A stretch of DNA of 63,998 nucleotides, filler included, from Candidatus Methanoxibalbensis ujae (lineage in GTDB: Archaea > Halobacteriota > Syntropharchaeia > Alkanophagales > Methanospirareceae), in the NCBI GenBank assembly GCA_026134085.1. It is 5 parts of 4 records of this genome, joined end to end, with 100 filler letters (N's around TTAATTAATTAA, not from the genome) between each part and the next. Parts side by side here need not be neighbours in the genome. Positions count along the whole stretch, not along the records: positions 1 to 21,343 come from JAOQIN010000001.1; 4 more parts are not named here. One strand, written 5' to 3'. Below are positions 1 through 8,408 of this stretch, piece after piece (the stretch's first letter is position 1; every line of letters starts with the position of its first letter). The notes below the pieces were generated by a model, which saw nothing but the letters and a program-made list of their open reading frames with translations, did no database searches and was not told where the DNA came from. Both the position numbers and the translations under genes were made by a program.

Positions 1-806
1 GCTATATTCAGCATACAAGATGCGAAGTGGCTATACAAGAAGGCGAAGCGGATGAAAGGGGTTCCAATAAGGAAAGACTTGATAGACAGAGAAGAGACAC
101 TAAGATTAGTATTGGGCGAGGATAAGGGTGAAAGGTGTGAGAGGTGTCGTAAAAGTTGCACTCGCTCATCAACCCTTCAACTTTGAGGAATGGGAAGTAT
201 GCGAATCTCTGCTCATTAGAAGGGATGATGATTTCCACCTTTATGTCACGGTCAAGAAGGATGTTGAGCTGAAGGAAGAATACTCATCCATTATTGCTGT
301 CGATATGGGAGCTCGTTGGGTTGCTGTGTCTGTGGCACGGCACCGCAGCAAGCCCGAGTTCTATGGAGGGTGAGAGAGCTTAGAGCTTCTGGTTAAGGAG
401 AAAGCTCGGAAGAGAGAAGAAGCTCAGAGCAATAAAAAAGATTGGGCATAAGGAGAGAAGGATTGTAAACGGGCTTCACAAGATAGCAAAAAATCGTGAG
501 GCGGAAAAGCACAACGCAGCAATAGCGATAGGCGATTTGAAGGGCATCAGAAACAACAGGAAGGTCAATTCAATGCCATCTCACAAACTGAAGGAATACA
601 TCAAGTATAAGGCGCTTGAGCAAGGCATTCTGGTGATGGAAGTTCCGGAATATAACACATCAAAGCAATGTTCTCGCTGTGGCTCAATGAACACTGAAAG
701 ACATAAGGATTATTCATCTGCAAGGATTGCGGCTACCATTAATGCAGATGTGAACGGAGCTAAAAATAAAAACGAGCCCGCGTGGTGTGGGCAGGGGCTG
801 TTGTGA
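1..806 (+). pseudogene. tnpB: Decayed TnpB (IS200/IS605-family RNA-guided nuclease), multiply frameshifted, 5' end outside the window
   Basis: Fragments carry RuvC-I (IIAVDMG), IAIGDLKGIR, LKEYIKYKALEQG..EYNTSKQCSRCG (Zn finger) and NADVNGAKN (RuvC-III) in different frames. Confidence 0.85.
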
Positions 807-883
807 CCCAGCCCGCGTTCTGAGCCACACTCCCCAACCTCTCGCATCCGCTGGATGCCCCTTTAATGGAGGGTGGAGGTCAC
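770..883 (+). mobile_element. IS200/IS605 right end / omegaRNA scaffold
   Basis: Follows the tnpB 3' end; GGATGCCCC-TTTAATGGAGGGTGGAGGTCAC ends in a TCAC motif at 883. Confidence 0.7.
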
Positions 884-922
884 TTGCTGAAGAATAAGAA
901 GATAGCTGAAGAATAAGAAGAT

Positions 923-1555
923 ATGAATGAGCTCGCGGTGTCGCTTACGGATTTGGCGAAGGCGTTCATAATGCTGTTTGTGGTGATGGACCCGCCGGGG
1001 AACATCCCGATACTTCTTGCGATAACCGGGGGAATGAGTGTGGAGGAGAGGCATAGGGAGCTGAAGAGTGCGGTCATCGTTGCGGGGGTCCTGCTTTTCA
1101 CATTCGCATTTCTCGGCAAGGCGATATTGTATGTGCTCAACATAGAGTTGGACAGCTTCATGGTTGCGGGAGGCATCCTTCTGCTGCTGATCGCGCTCAA
1201 TATACTGCAGGGCACTTACCAATCTTCGGAGAGAGAAAGCGGCACCTCCGCGCACATTGTCAGCAGGAGCGGTGTAGGTGCTGTTCCAATTGGAACGCCT
1301 CTTCTTGCAGGTCCGGGCGCGATCACAACAGTTATGACTATTCTCCAGACTTTCTCAGACCTCACAGCAATTCTTGCCATAATAGCTGCGATAATCGCAA
1401 CATGGATTGTCCTCTCACTGTCTGAGCAGATTTACGGCATACTCGGTGAAAAGGGCTCCTCAGTGCTGAGCAAGGTGGTCGCTATAATCGTCGCTGCAAT
1501 CGCAGTTCAGTTCATTGTGGAAGGTCTTCGCAATCTCTTCCCGGTTTTAGGATGA
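923..1555 (+). CDS. MarC family integral membrane protein
   Basis: LFVVMDPPGNIP, FMVAGGILL, VPIGTPLLAGPGAIT motifs; about 6 TM segments. Confidence 0.9.
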   Translation: MNELAVSLTDLAKAFIMLFVVMDPPGNIPILLAITGGMSVEERHRELKSAVIVAGVLLFTFAFLGKAILYVLNIELDSFMVAGGILLLLIALNILQGTYQSSERESGTSAHIVSRSGVGAVPIGTPLLAGPGAITTVMTILQTFSDLTAILAIIAAIIATWIVLSLSEQIYGILGEKGSSVLSKVVAIIVAAIAVQFIVEGLRNLFPVLG

Positions 1556-1566
1556 TGCGGAAGTTC

Positions 1567-2058
1567 TCATTGTGCACTCGTCGCGCGGATGAAACTCTCC
1601 TTGTGACAGTTCGGTGATCTGAACCCTATCAGCTCAACACCTCCGTCAACAGCGACGATTTCAGCACCGTGAAATTCGGGTGATGCGCACAGCAGGTGCT
1701 GTTCTGGATGCGTTCCCGGTGTTATATCACAGCTCAGGACAACACGACCGCCAACCGAAACAACAGTTCTGAGTCGCTTTGTCGCCGGATGCTCCTTCGG
1801 CAGCACGATGAGCGGCATGTTCAGCTCTCTGATCATGAAAAGAACACATCTCAGTCCCCTTATCATCTTATCATCGCTGCCAAACCCCGAAGCGACTATC
1901 AGGTCATCAGGGGTTACAAACTGATGCACTTCCTTCCGCGGAGTCTCAACGAGGAATTCACGGGATTCGCCCACCTTCACCACTGCAATGGCTGCTGTGT
2001 TTCCCCTCACAAAGAGTATCTCATCCCGTCTGAGCGTTACCAAACATCGCCCTTCCAT
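1567..2058 (-). CDS. Hypothetical protein (start reassigned to MEGRC)
   Basis: Open 163-aa frame directly after the small Zn-ribbon gene; contains PGTHPEQ; no family recognised. Confidence 0.6.
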   Translation of the reverse strand: MEGRCLVTLRRDEILFVRGNTAAIAVVKVGESREFLVETPRKEVHQFVTPDDLIVASGFGSDDKMIRGLRCVLFMIRELNMPLIVLPKEHPATKRLRTVVSVGGRVVLSCDITPGTHPEQHLLCASPEFHGAEIVAVDGGVELIGFRSPNCHKESFIRATSAQ

Positions 2059-2066
2059 CGTCACTG

Positions 2067-2219
2067 CTACGCACGCACGACATTGGAGGATTCGCAGGAT
2101 GGACACCTGACAGAGGTTCCTATGGCGTCAAATGTGTTCCCGCAGTCCTTACACTTGTATTTCACAGCCTCCAACTCTTCTATTTCCAGATTGAAATCCC
2201 CTCCCCCTACGCTGCACAT
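2067..2219 (-). CDS. Small zinc-ribbon protein (50 aa; missing from the ORF track)
   Basis: MCSVGGGDFNLEIEELEAVKYKCKDCGNTFDAIGTSVRCPSCESSNVVRA: CxxC..CPxC; AGGTGA adjoins the ATG. Confidence 0.75.
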   Translation of the reverse strand: MCSVGGGDFNLEIEELEAVKYKCKDCGNTFDAIGTSVRCPSCESSNVVRA

Positions 2220-2314
2220 CACCTATCATATGGGAAACGCAGATATATAAAACGGCAGGATGCTTGAGCGTGGATGCCCGTTGGAGCAACTCTCATTTAT
2301 CATTCTTTATTTTA

Positions 2315-3346
2315 TCATTCATGATTCATAAGTCTGAGCAGTGCGGATATGAGTCTGTCATTTTCATTCTCCCTGCGCACGCAGAACCGTATGTGGAAAG
2401 GAAGACCGAAAGAAGTGCAGTCCCTCACGAGTATCCCATGAGAAAGAAGCGCCTCCTTAACATCACGCGCCCGCATATCACAGCGGGATGTGTCAAACAG
2501 GAAGAAATTCGCATCCGAGCGGACATCAAGCTCATCCTCAATTCTTCTTTTCTGCTGCCACACCTTCCTGAGGGACTCATGCAGAAAATCCTCGTTCATA
2601 AGAGAGGCAATGCCTATCTTTTGCGCGAAAACATCAACATTCCAAGGCGGCTTGACAGCATTCAACTCGCCTATAACATCCTCAGTCCCAATTGCAAACC
2701 CTATCCTAACGCCAGGAACACCATATGACTTCGTGAAAGAGCGAAGAAGAAGGAGATTATGCGATTGAACAGTGTGTAAATGCGCTGCATTCATCGCAAA
2801 ATCAACATATGCTTCATCAACAACGAGCAACGCGTCCCTCTCCTCAGCAGCCTCTATGAGCATTTTCATCTCGTCACCGCTGAGATACTGCCCTGTGGGG
2901 TTATTTGGGTTGCATAAGAAAATGATATCTCTGTTTCTCATCACATGTATGATCTCCTCCGCCCTTATTTTAAGAGCAGGCATTCTTATTTTCTCCACGC
3001 GAACACCGAAAATTCTCGCTGCTCTCTCGTATTCGCAGTATGTATGCTGTGGAATTACCACTTTTTCTGGTGAAAATGCTATGAAAATCAGATAAATGAG
3101 CTCTGAAATTCCAGCAGAAACAATTATTTCATCTGTGTCACGCTTGAGTTTCTCTGCAATCCGCTCCCTCAACGCTGTTGCATCGCTGTCGGGATAAATG
3201 CCGAGATCTTTCATCGCATCCTCAATCGCTGAACTTGAGAATGGGGGGGGACCATATGGGTTCAGGTTTGCGCTGAAGTCAAATATGTCCCCTGACACCG
3301 ATGCGCCTCCATGTTCGCACTTTATCGCCACACGCCGCGGCAGCAT
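2315..3346 (-). CDS. cobD: L-threonine-O-3-phosphate decarboxylase (CobD/HisC-like class I PLP enzyme)
   Basis: HGG, DFSANLNPYGPP, CNPNNPTG, DEAYVDF, RSFTKSYGVPGVRIG. Confidence 0.75.
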   Translation of the reverse strand: MLPRRVAIKCEHGGASVSGDIFDFSANLNPYGPPPFSSSAIEDAMKDLGIYPDSDATALRERIAEKLKRDTDEIIVSAGISELIYLIFIAFSPEKVVIPQHTYCEYERAARIFGVRVEKIRMPALKIRAEEIIHVMRNRDIIFLCNPNNPTGQYLSGDEMKMLIEAAEERDALLVVDEAYVDFAMNAAHLHTVQSHNLLLLRSFTKSYGVPGVRIGFAIGTEDVIGELNAVKPPWNVDVFAQKIGIASLMNEDFLHESLRKVWQQKRRIEDELDVRSDANFFLFDTSRCDMRARDVKEALLSHGILVRDCTSFGLPFHIRFCVRRENENDRLISALLRLMNHE

Positions 3347-3393
3347 CTCCTCTCCCTTGTGCGGCTTTGTTGCGAGTGATATATAGAATAGAA

Positions 3394-3526
3394 GTGAACC
3401 ACTTCACCCATACGGAAGGGGCTTCTCCGACCGTGCAAAGCGTCCTCTGTCCCGGAGGTTTCCCTGCCAAAAGAAGAGGAAAGTATACGGGCTTTCACAC
3501 CCTCCCTTCCGGGACTTCTCGCCCGC
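3394..3526 (-). ncRNA. Stand-alone omegaRNA-like / PATE-like element with IS200/IS605 right end
   Basis: Minus strand ends GAAGCCCCTTCCGTATGGGTGAAGTGGTTCAC; crossed pairings CGGGC/GCCCG and GTCCCGGA/TCCGGGAC; TTTAAATA at 3542-3549; no tnpB ORF upstream. Confidence 0.55.
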
Positions 3527-3766
3527 ATCAGTTAATGACATTATTTAAATCCCACCTTCCAGCCAGCCTCTCGCCATGCTTTCGCATGTTGAAAGAAACT
3601 GAGGGATAAAAAGCTGCATGCTGCATCTCAAAGCAAATGATATGGTGACGGCATCAGAGCTCGGGTTTAACATTTGTTGTGAGTGCCAGTAAAGCAACCG
3701 CTCCTATCCCGTCTATCATCTTCATCTTTCTTGTGATTTTATATCTTTCTTATAGACTATGATGAC

Positions 3767-4375
3767 TCATGATTTGACGACCTTTTGATCTCTGAAATGC
3801 TCCTCAACGACTTTTGAGGGCAATATGCCCTTGAACTTTCCGATTGCAGTCACGAGTGTCTCCTGAAACAGATATGCGAGGACCTCAAACTCGCCAGCGC
3901 CGTAGAAGGGGGATTCTGTGAGCTGTGCCTCTGTATATCCCCACCGCTCTCCCTTACGCATGCCTCCCGGGAGATATAAAAACACATCTGCAAGCCTTCC
4001 GAGAGGGCTCTCTCTGTAAGAGGATATCGCGACGACCTTCGCACCTTCCTGCTTCGCACTCTCTGCGATGTTCACGATCTCAGCAGTGACTCCAGAACCT
4101 GAGAAAAGAATAACAACATCATTTTCTTTTATGCGCTCCTTCACAATATCGCCGATAAACCACACATTGTAGCGGAAATGCTTCAATCGCAACGCCAAGC
4201 TGAGAGCTGCACTGCCTGAACGACCGATACCATAAACATGTATCGCATTGCTCCTCTCCATCAGATCATATATTTCCTCCAACACCTCCCTCTGCGATTC
4301 AAGAATATCAGGATACGCACGTAAACGCTCACATAGTTCCCTACAACGCTTAATAACTTCATCTGAAAACCCCAT
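3767..4375 (-). CDS. hxlB: SIS-domain protein, 6-phospho-3-hexuloisomerase family
   Basis: HVYGIGRSG, LFSGSGVT, SPLGRLAD motifs. Confidence 0.75.
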   Translation of the reverse strand: MGFSDEVIKRCRELCERLRAYPDILESQREVLEEIYDLMERSNAIHVYGIGRSGSAALSLALRLKHFRYNVWFIGDIVKERIKENDVVILFSGSGVTAEIVNIAESAKQEGAKVVAISSYRESPLGRLADVFLYLPGGMRKGERWGYTEAQLTESPFYGAGEFEVLAYLFQETLVTAIGKFKGILPSKVVEEHFRDQKVVKS

Positions 4376-4576
4376 TTCTCCTTCTCTATTCCGTTGTTTT
4401 TTATTTTTGTTTTTGTCTTTTATCTTTATTTATTATTTATTATTTATCCGCATTTATCCGCACCGCATCTGCATCGCACTGGCATCGCACTGACATCGCA
4501 CTGCACGCTTGGAACCAACAGCCAATGGCAACCTGCTTGATCCTCTGCCCTCTCTCCGCGCTGCAAAAAAGCTGCC

Positions 4577-5041
4577 TCATATGAGATATTCAGCCGCGTT
4601 ACCCACAACTCTCTCACAGTAGAAGCATCTGAAAACAGGCGGATTCTCGCTTATCGTTATGAATTTTGAGTTTACCGGCTCTTCGCTCACATTTGATATA
4701 CAGTTCGGATTGGCGCAGCGCAGAATTCCTTCAATAACTTTTGGCAGAAAAACTTTCCTTTTTGTCACAACTTCATAATTTTTAATTATGTTTATTGTGG
4801 CATTAGGTGCAATTAATGCGATTTTATCAACTTCTTCACGCTTTAATTCCCTATCTTCTATTTTCACTATATCCTTTTTTCCCATTTTACTGCTGCGAAC
4901 ATTCATTATGACGCTCAGGACAGCGTCTGTATTGGGATGTATGCCGAGTATTTTGAGGACATTGAGCGCTTGCCCGGCCGGGATATGGTCAATGACTGTG
5001 CCGTTTTCTATGGGTGAAACCTTCAGCTCCTTTTTCATCAT
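4577..5041 (-). CDS. pyrI: Aspartate carbamoyltransferase regulatory subunit
   Basis: [34 protein letters not shown]. Confidence 0.95.
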   Translation of the reverse strand: MMKKELKVSPIENGTVIDHIPAGQALNVLKILGIHPNTDAVLSVIMNVRSSKMGKKDIVKIEDRELKREEVDKIALIAPNATINIIKNYEVVTKRKVFLPKVIEGILRCANPNCISNVSEEPVNSKFITISENPPVFRCFYCERVVGNAAEYLI

Positions 5042-5235
5042 GCTTTATTCTGTGTGAGGAAAGAAATAAGTTGTGCACGCTCGTTTCTGGGCTGTGCTGT
5101 GGCGAGGAGCACATTCTTGGTTCACTATTGTGCTTCAAAGCGACACCATTTGCTGGACGCTGATATTTGTATTGGATGGAGAGTGAGAAAAAAAGCGAAA
5201 GATATTTAATTCAGAAATCGTGAGAAGCATGAGAT

Positions 5236-5508
5236 ATGATTGAGCAGGTGTTTCTCATCATAGGCCTGACGATTGCGGCGACTGTTCTTCTGAGCCTTTA
5301 TCGTGCTGCTGTCGGGCCTGGTGTGTTCAACCGTGTGGCGGCGGTGAATGTCATAGGCACGAAGGTGGTTGTGCTGCTTGTGATAGTTCAATACATATTT
5401 AAAAATCCGATGTTCATAGACATCGCGATCGCGTATGCCGCGTTGAATTTCATAGGAACCATCATAATGTCAAAATATCTTGAGAGGGGGGAGGTGTGCT
5501 CTCATTGA
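5236..5508 (+). CDS. mnhF: Mrp/Mbh antiporter subunit F (MbhB-like)
   Basis: RAAVGPGVFNRVAAVNVIGTK, DIAIAYAALNFIGT. Confidence 0.85.
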   Translation: MIEQVFLIIGLTIAATVLLSLYRAAVGPGVFNRVAAVNVIGTKVVVLLVIVQYIFKNPMFIDIAIAYAALNFIGTIIMSKYLERGEVCSH

Positions 5509-5834
5509 TGGATTCTGTTGTGAACGCGTTGACAACGGCATTTCTCATACTCGGCGTTTTTTTCATGCTAACAGGTGCGATTGGTCTTCTCAGATTTCCT
5601 GATTTTTACACGAGATTGCACGCGACAGGTAAGTGTGACACGCTCGGAGAGGTCTTGATTCTCCTCGGATGCATGATATACACGGCATATCACGGCATGC
5701 CTTTTGTTGTTTTCAAGCTTTTATGTATAATCATTTTTTTCTTCATAGCAAATCCAACTGGGACACATGCGATCGTGAGAGCAGCTTATAAAACAGGAGT
5801 GAAGCCGTGGCGTGTTGGTGATGAGCGCAGGTGA
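5496..5834 (+). CDS. mnhG: Mrp/Mbh antiporter subunit G
   Basis: GLLRFPDFYTRLHATGKCDTLG, NPTGTHAIVRAAY. Confidence 0.9.
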   Translation: MLSLMDSVVNALTTAFLILGVFFMLTGAIGLLRFPDFYTRLHATGKCDTLGEVLILLGCMIYTAYHGMPFVVFKLLCIIIFFFIANPTGTHAIVRAAYKTGVKPWRVGDERR

Positions 5835-5852
5835 TGATATAGGTGATGATAT

Positions 5853-6371
5853 ATGAAGCGAAGTGTCTCGGCTGTTGTGACATTTGTCATTATGTATGTG
5901 TTCTGGCTGCTCATCTCGGCGTGCTTGTGGGCGCATCACGGCATTGACTACATTCGTGTGGTTGGTGGAATCATATGCGCCGGGATTGTCACAGCGTTCT
6001 CTCATAAGCATCGCCTCCTTTTCACGGGCGAGGAGGAAAATGTTCTCATAAAGACGATGAGATTCATGTTATATGCTCCGTGGTTGCTCTGGCAGATCGC
6101 TCTGGCGAATTTTGATGTTGCATATCGTGTGTTGCATCCTGAGATGCCCATAAATCCGCAGGTAATAGAATTTGACACAACGCTGACAGGAGATATATCC
6201 CGAACTACTCTTGCAAATTCCATCACACTGACGCCCGGAACGATAACGATAGAGGTTAAGGGCTCAAGATTCCGTGTGCATGCAATCGCAGATAAGCCAG
6301 CTGAAGCCCTTACGGTTGATCAGACTATGCAGAAAAAGGTGGCTCATGTGTTTATGGAAAAAATGCCGTGA
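5853..6371 (+). CDS. mnhE: Mrp/Mbh antiporter subunit E
   Basis: ANFDVAYRVLHP, LANSITLTPGT. Confidence 0.9.
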   Translation: MKRSVSAVVTFVIMYVFWLLISACLWAHHGIDYIRVVGGIICAGIVTAFSHKHRLLFTGEEENVLIKTMRFMLYAPWLLWQIALANFDVAYRVLHPEMPINPQVIEFDTTLTGDISRTTLANSITLTPGTITIEVKGSRFRVHAIADKPAEALTVDQTMQKKVAHVFMEKMP

Positions 6372-6471
6372 TATGCGGTGGTGATGGTGCGGTTGGGTGT
6401 GGTTGGGTGCGGCTGGGTGTGGTTGAGTGTGGTGAGCTGAAGTGAGCTGAGCGGGAGGAGGTGAATGTGAG

Positions 6472-6717
6472 GTGATAATACCACTTGACCTTGCGCTTTT
6501 GTTTTTTCTTGTGGTTATAGGAATTGCTGCGCTCACTGTGAAGGATCTGCTTGCTGCCATCGTACTGCTTGGTGCTTACAGTTTTGTGATGGCTACGGTC
6601 TGGGTGCAGATGCATTCGCCGGATGTCGGATTTACTGAGGCAGCCGTGGGTGCTGGAGCATCAACTGCGCTCATGATAGCGGCGTTGAGCAGGTTGGAGA
6701 GGTGGTCATCGGATTGA
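6472..6717 (+). CDS. Mrp subunit A/B-derived small subunit (DUF4040, MbhD-like)
   Basis: KDLLAAIV..SPDVGFTEAAVGAG. Confidence 0.8.
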   Translation: MIIPLDLALLFFLVVIGIAALTVKDLLAAIVLLGAYSFVMATVWVQMHSPDVGFTEAAVGAGASTALMIAALSRLERWSSD

Positions 6718-7265
6718 AAGCGATTCATTTTGTGGGGATTTTGACCGTAGTAATGCTTCTGGCGCTCTTCTTTTATGTGCTTGAGGATGTGCCAGCGTTC
6801 GGTGATCCTCATTCTCCCGTGAATGAGAGAGTTCTTCTTTTCAGAATAAAAGCGACGGATGCGATAGTTGATGATCTGAACAGGGGAATCCTGCCGGATG
6901 AGCTGAGAGCGGAGTTTGAGAGAAGGGGACTGGATATTGATGGTGCTGTCGTCAGGAGAGTGGAGGAAGGAGAAGGAAAGGAGGGAGGTTATGACATAAA
7001 TGTGCATCTGAATGAGAGCGAATACAACACAAGGGAGCCCGAGATTCCATGTTATTTCGTGAATGTTTCTGAGGAGATCAGGATATACAGATACACGCCA
7101 GCCATCCGTTACAAAGAGCGCACTGAGGAGGAGTGCGGTGTGCCCAACATGGTCACCGCTGTCCTCGCAGATTACAGAGGTTATGACACTCTCGGCGAGA
7201 CGACAGTGATATTCACGGCTGGCGTCGCTGTTATACTTCTCCTGAGGAGGTATGGGCGCCTGTGA
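6702..7265 (+). CDS. MbhE-like subunit with an inserted soluble domain
   Basis: PAFGDP ... PNMVTAVLADYRGYDTLGETTVIF. Confidence 0.8.
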   Translation: MVIGLKAIHFVGILTVVMLLALFFYVLEDVPAFGDPHSPVNERVLLFRIKATDAIVDDLNRGILPDELRAEFERRGLDIDGAVVRRVEEGEGKEGGYDINVHLNESEYNTREPEIPCYFVNVSEEIRIYRYTPAIRYKERTEEECGVPNMVTAVLADYRGYDTLGETTVIFTAGVAVILLLRRYGRL

Positions 7266-7296
7266 GCCCATCCTATCCTATCTATGCCCATGAGAT

Positions 7297-7854
7297 GTGA
7301 GAGGAGGTATGACCATGAGCAAAAGGACCGTGAGTAAAAAGGGTGAAAGAGAGGCGGGCAAAAAGGAAGGAAGGGAAGGAGCGGATGGGGAGGAGCGGGA
7401 TGTCATCGTGGACACAGTAGCTCGTGTGATGATACCTCTTTCTCAAATGTTTGCGCTGTATGTGATGATAGGCACAGAAGGGGCCGGCGGCGGCTTTCAG
7501 GGAGGTGTAATTTTCGCAGCATCACTCATACTTCTTGCCACAGTTTTCGGCGTCAAGAAGGGGAGAGACGTGCTTCCTGAGGGTGAGAATGCGATTTTGA
7601 GCAGCCTGGGTCTGTATATCTATGCCGGCGTTGGGCTGTTATGCATGGTTCTGTTGTGGGGCGCTGCTGAATATCTGAATTATGGAGCATTTCCCCTTCC
7701 AGTGGAATATGCTTTGCGTCGCGGTTATCTCGTCACATATGCAGTGGAGGTGGGCATAGGTATAACCGTTGCCACTGTCTTCGCATCTCTCTTCTTTGAT
7801 CTCGCATGGCGTGAGGATGTGCTGGGTCGTGATGAGGGGCGTCGTGATCTGTGA
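7297..7854 (+). CDS. mnhB: Mrp antiporter subunit B (MbhF-like)
   Basis: GAGGGFQGGVIFAAS, VEVGIGITV. Confidence 0.8.
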   Translation: MRGGMTMSKRTVSKKGEREAGKKEGREGADGEERDVIVDTVARVMIPLSQMFALYVMIGTEGAGGGFQGGVIFAASLILLATVFGVKKGRDVLPEGENAILSSLGLYIYAGVGLLCMVLLWGAAEYLNYGAFPLPVEYALRRGYLVTYAVEVGIGITVATVFASLFFDLAWREDVLGRDEGRRDL

Positions 7855-7923
7855 CAATGGAAGGAGGCAGCATGAGAAAATGAGAGCAGCGGTGAGAAAT
7901 GAGTTGAATTGTGTGTGGAGGGA

Positions 7924-8373
7924 ATGAAAATGGGAATTGAGTCGCTTGTTTCTCATGTAATTGAGAAATATAACTATTGGATGGCTGTTATTTTGATGCT
8001 AATTGGACTTTATGGGACAATAGGGAAGGACAATCTGATAAAAAAGCTCATAGGATTGAACATATTTCAGACGGCGATCATTCTTTTCTTTATATCTCTC
8101 GGAGATGTCAGGACAGGTCCGCTCGGTGAGGGAGGAATCGCTCCCATACTTACTGAGCATCTTCCATGGAGTGCAGTTGAACATGCGGGAAATGAAGCGA
8201 CATTTATCTACGCAAGCCCGCTGCCTCATGTTCTGATGCTGACCGCGATAGTCGTCTCAGCGGCGACAGCTGCTGTCGCACTCGCTTTAATCGTTCGCAT
8301 ATACGAGGAATACGGGACAATTCAGGAGGAGGAAATTCTCACAAAGGAGATTGAGCGCGAGAGAGCCGAATAG
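7924..8373 (+). CDS. mnhC: Mrp antiporter subunit C (MbhG-like)
   Basis: NLIKKLIGLNIFQTA, PLPHVLMLTAIVVSAAT. Confidence 0.9.
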   Translation: MKMGIESLVSHVIEKYNYWMAVILMLIGLYGTIGKDNLIKKLIGLNIFQTAIILFFISLGDVRTGPLGEGGIAPILTEHLPWSAVEHAGNEATFIYASPLPHVLMLTAIVVSAATAAVALALIVRIYEEYGTIQEEEILTKEIERERAE

Positions 8374-8408
8374 CGGGACAGCTCGCCACAGTAATAATGC
8401 TCTGATAG

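Noticed and set aside
1..806. Active Cas12f/TnpB effector for the CRISPR array
   Set aside because: Multiply frameshifted, on a different contig, and the array repeat has a type I/III-style handle.
3394..3526. Cobalamin riboswitch upstream of cobD
   Set aside because: A GGGA..TGAAAG segment is superficially similar, but I see no GCAACTGT or B12-box motif, and the 3' end matches the other IS right ends. An Rfam scan would settle it.
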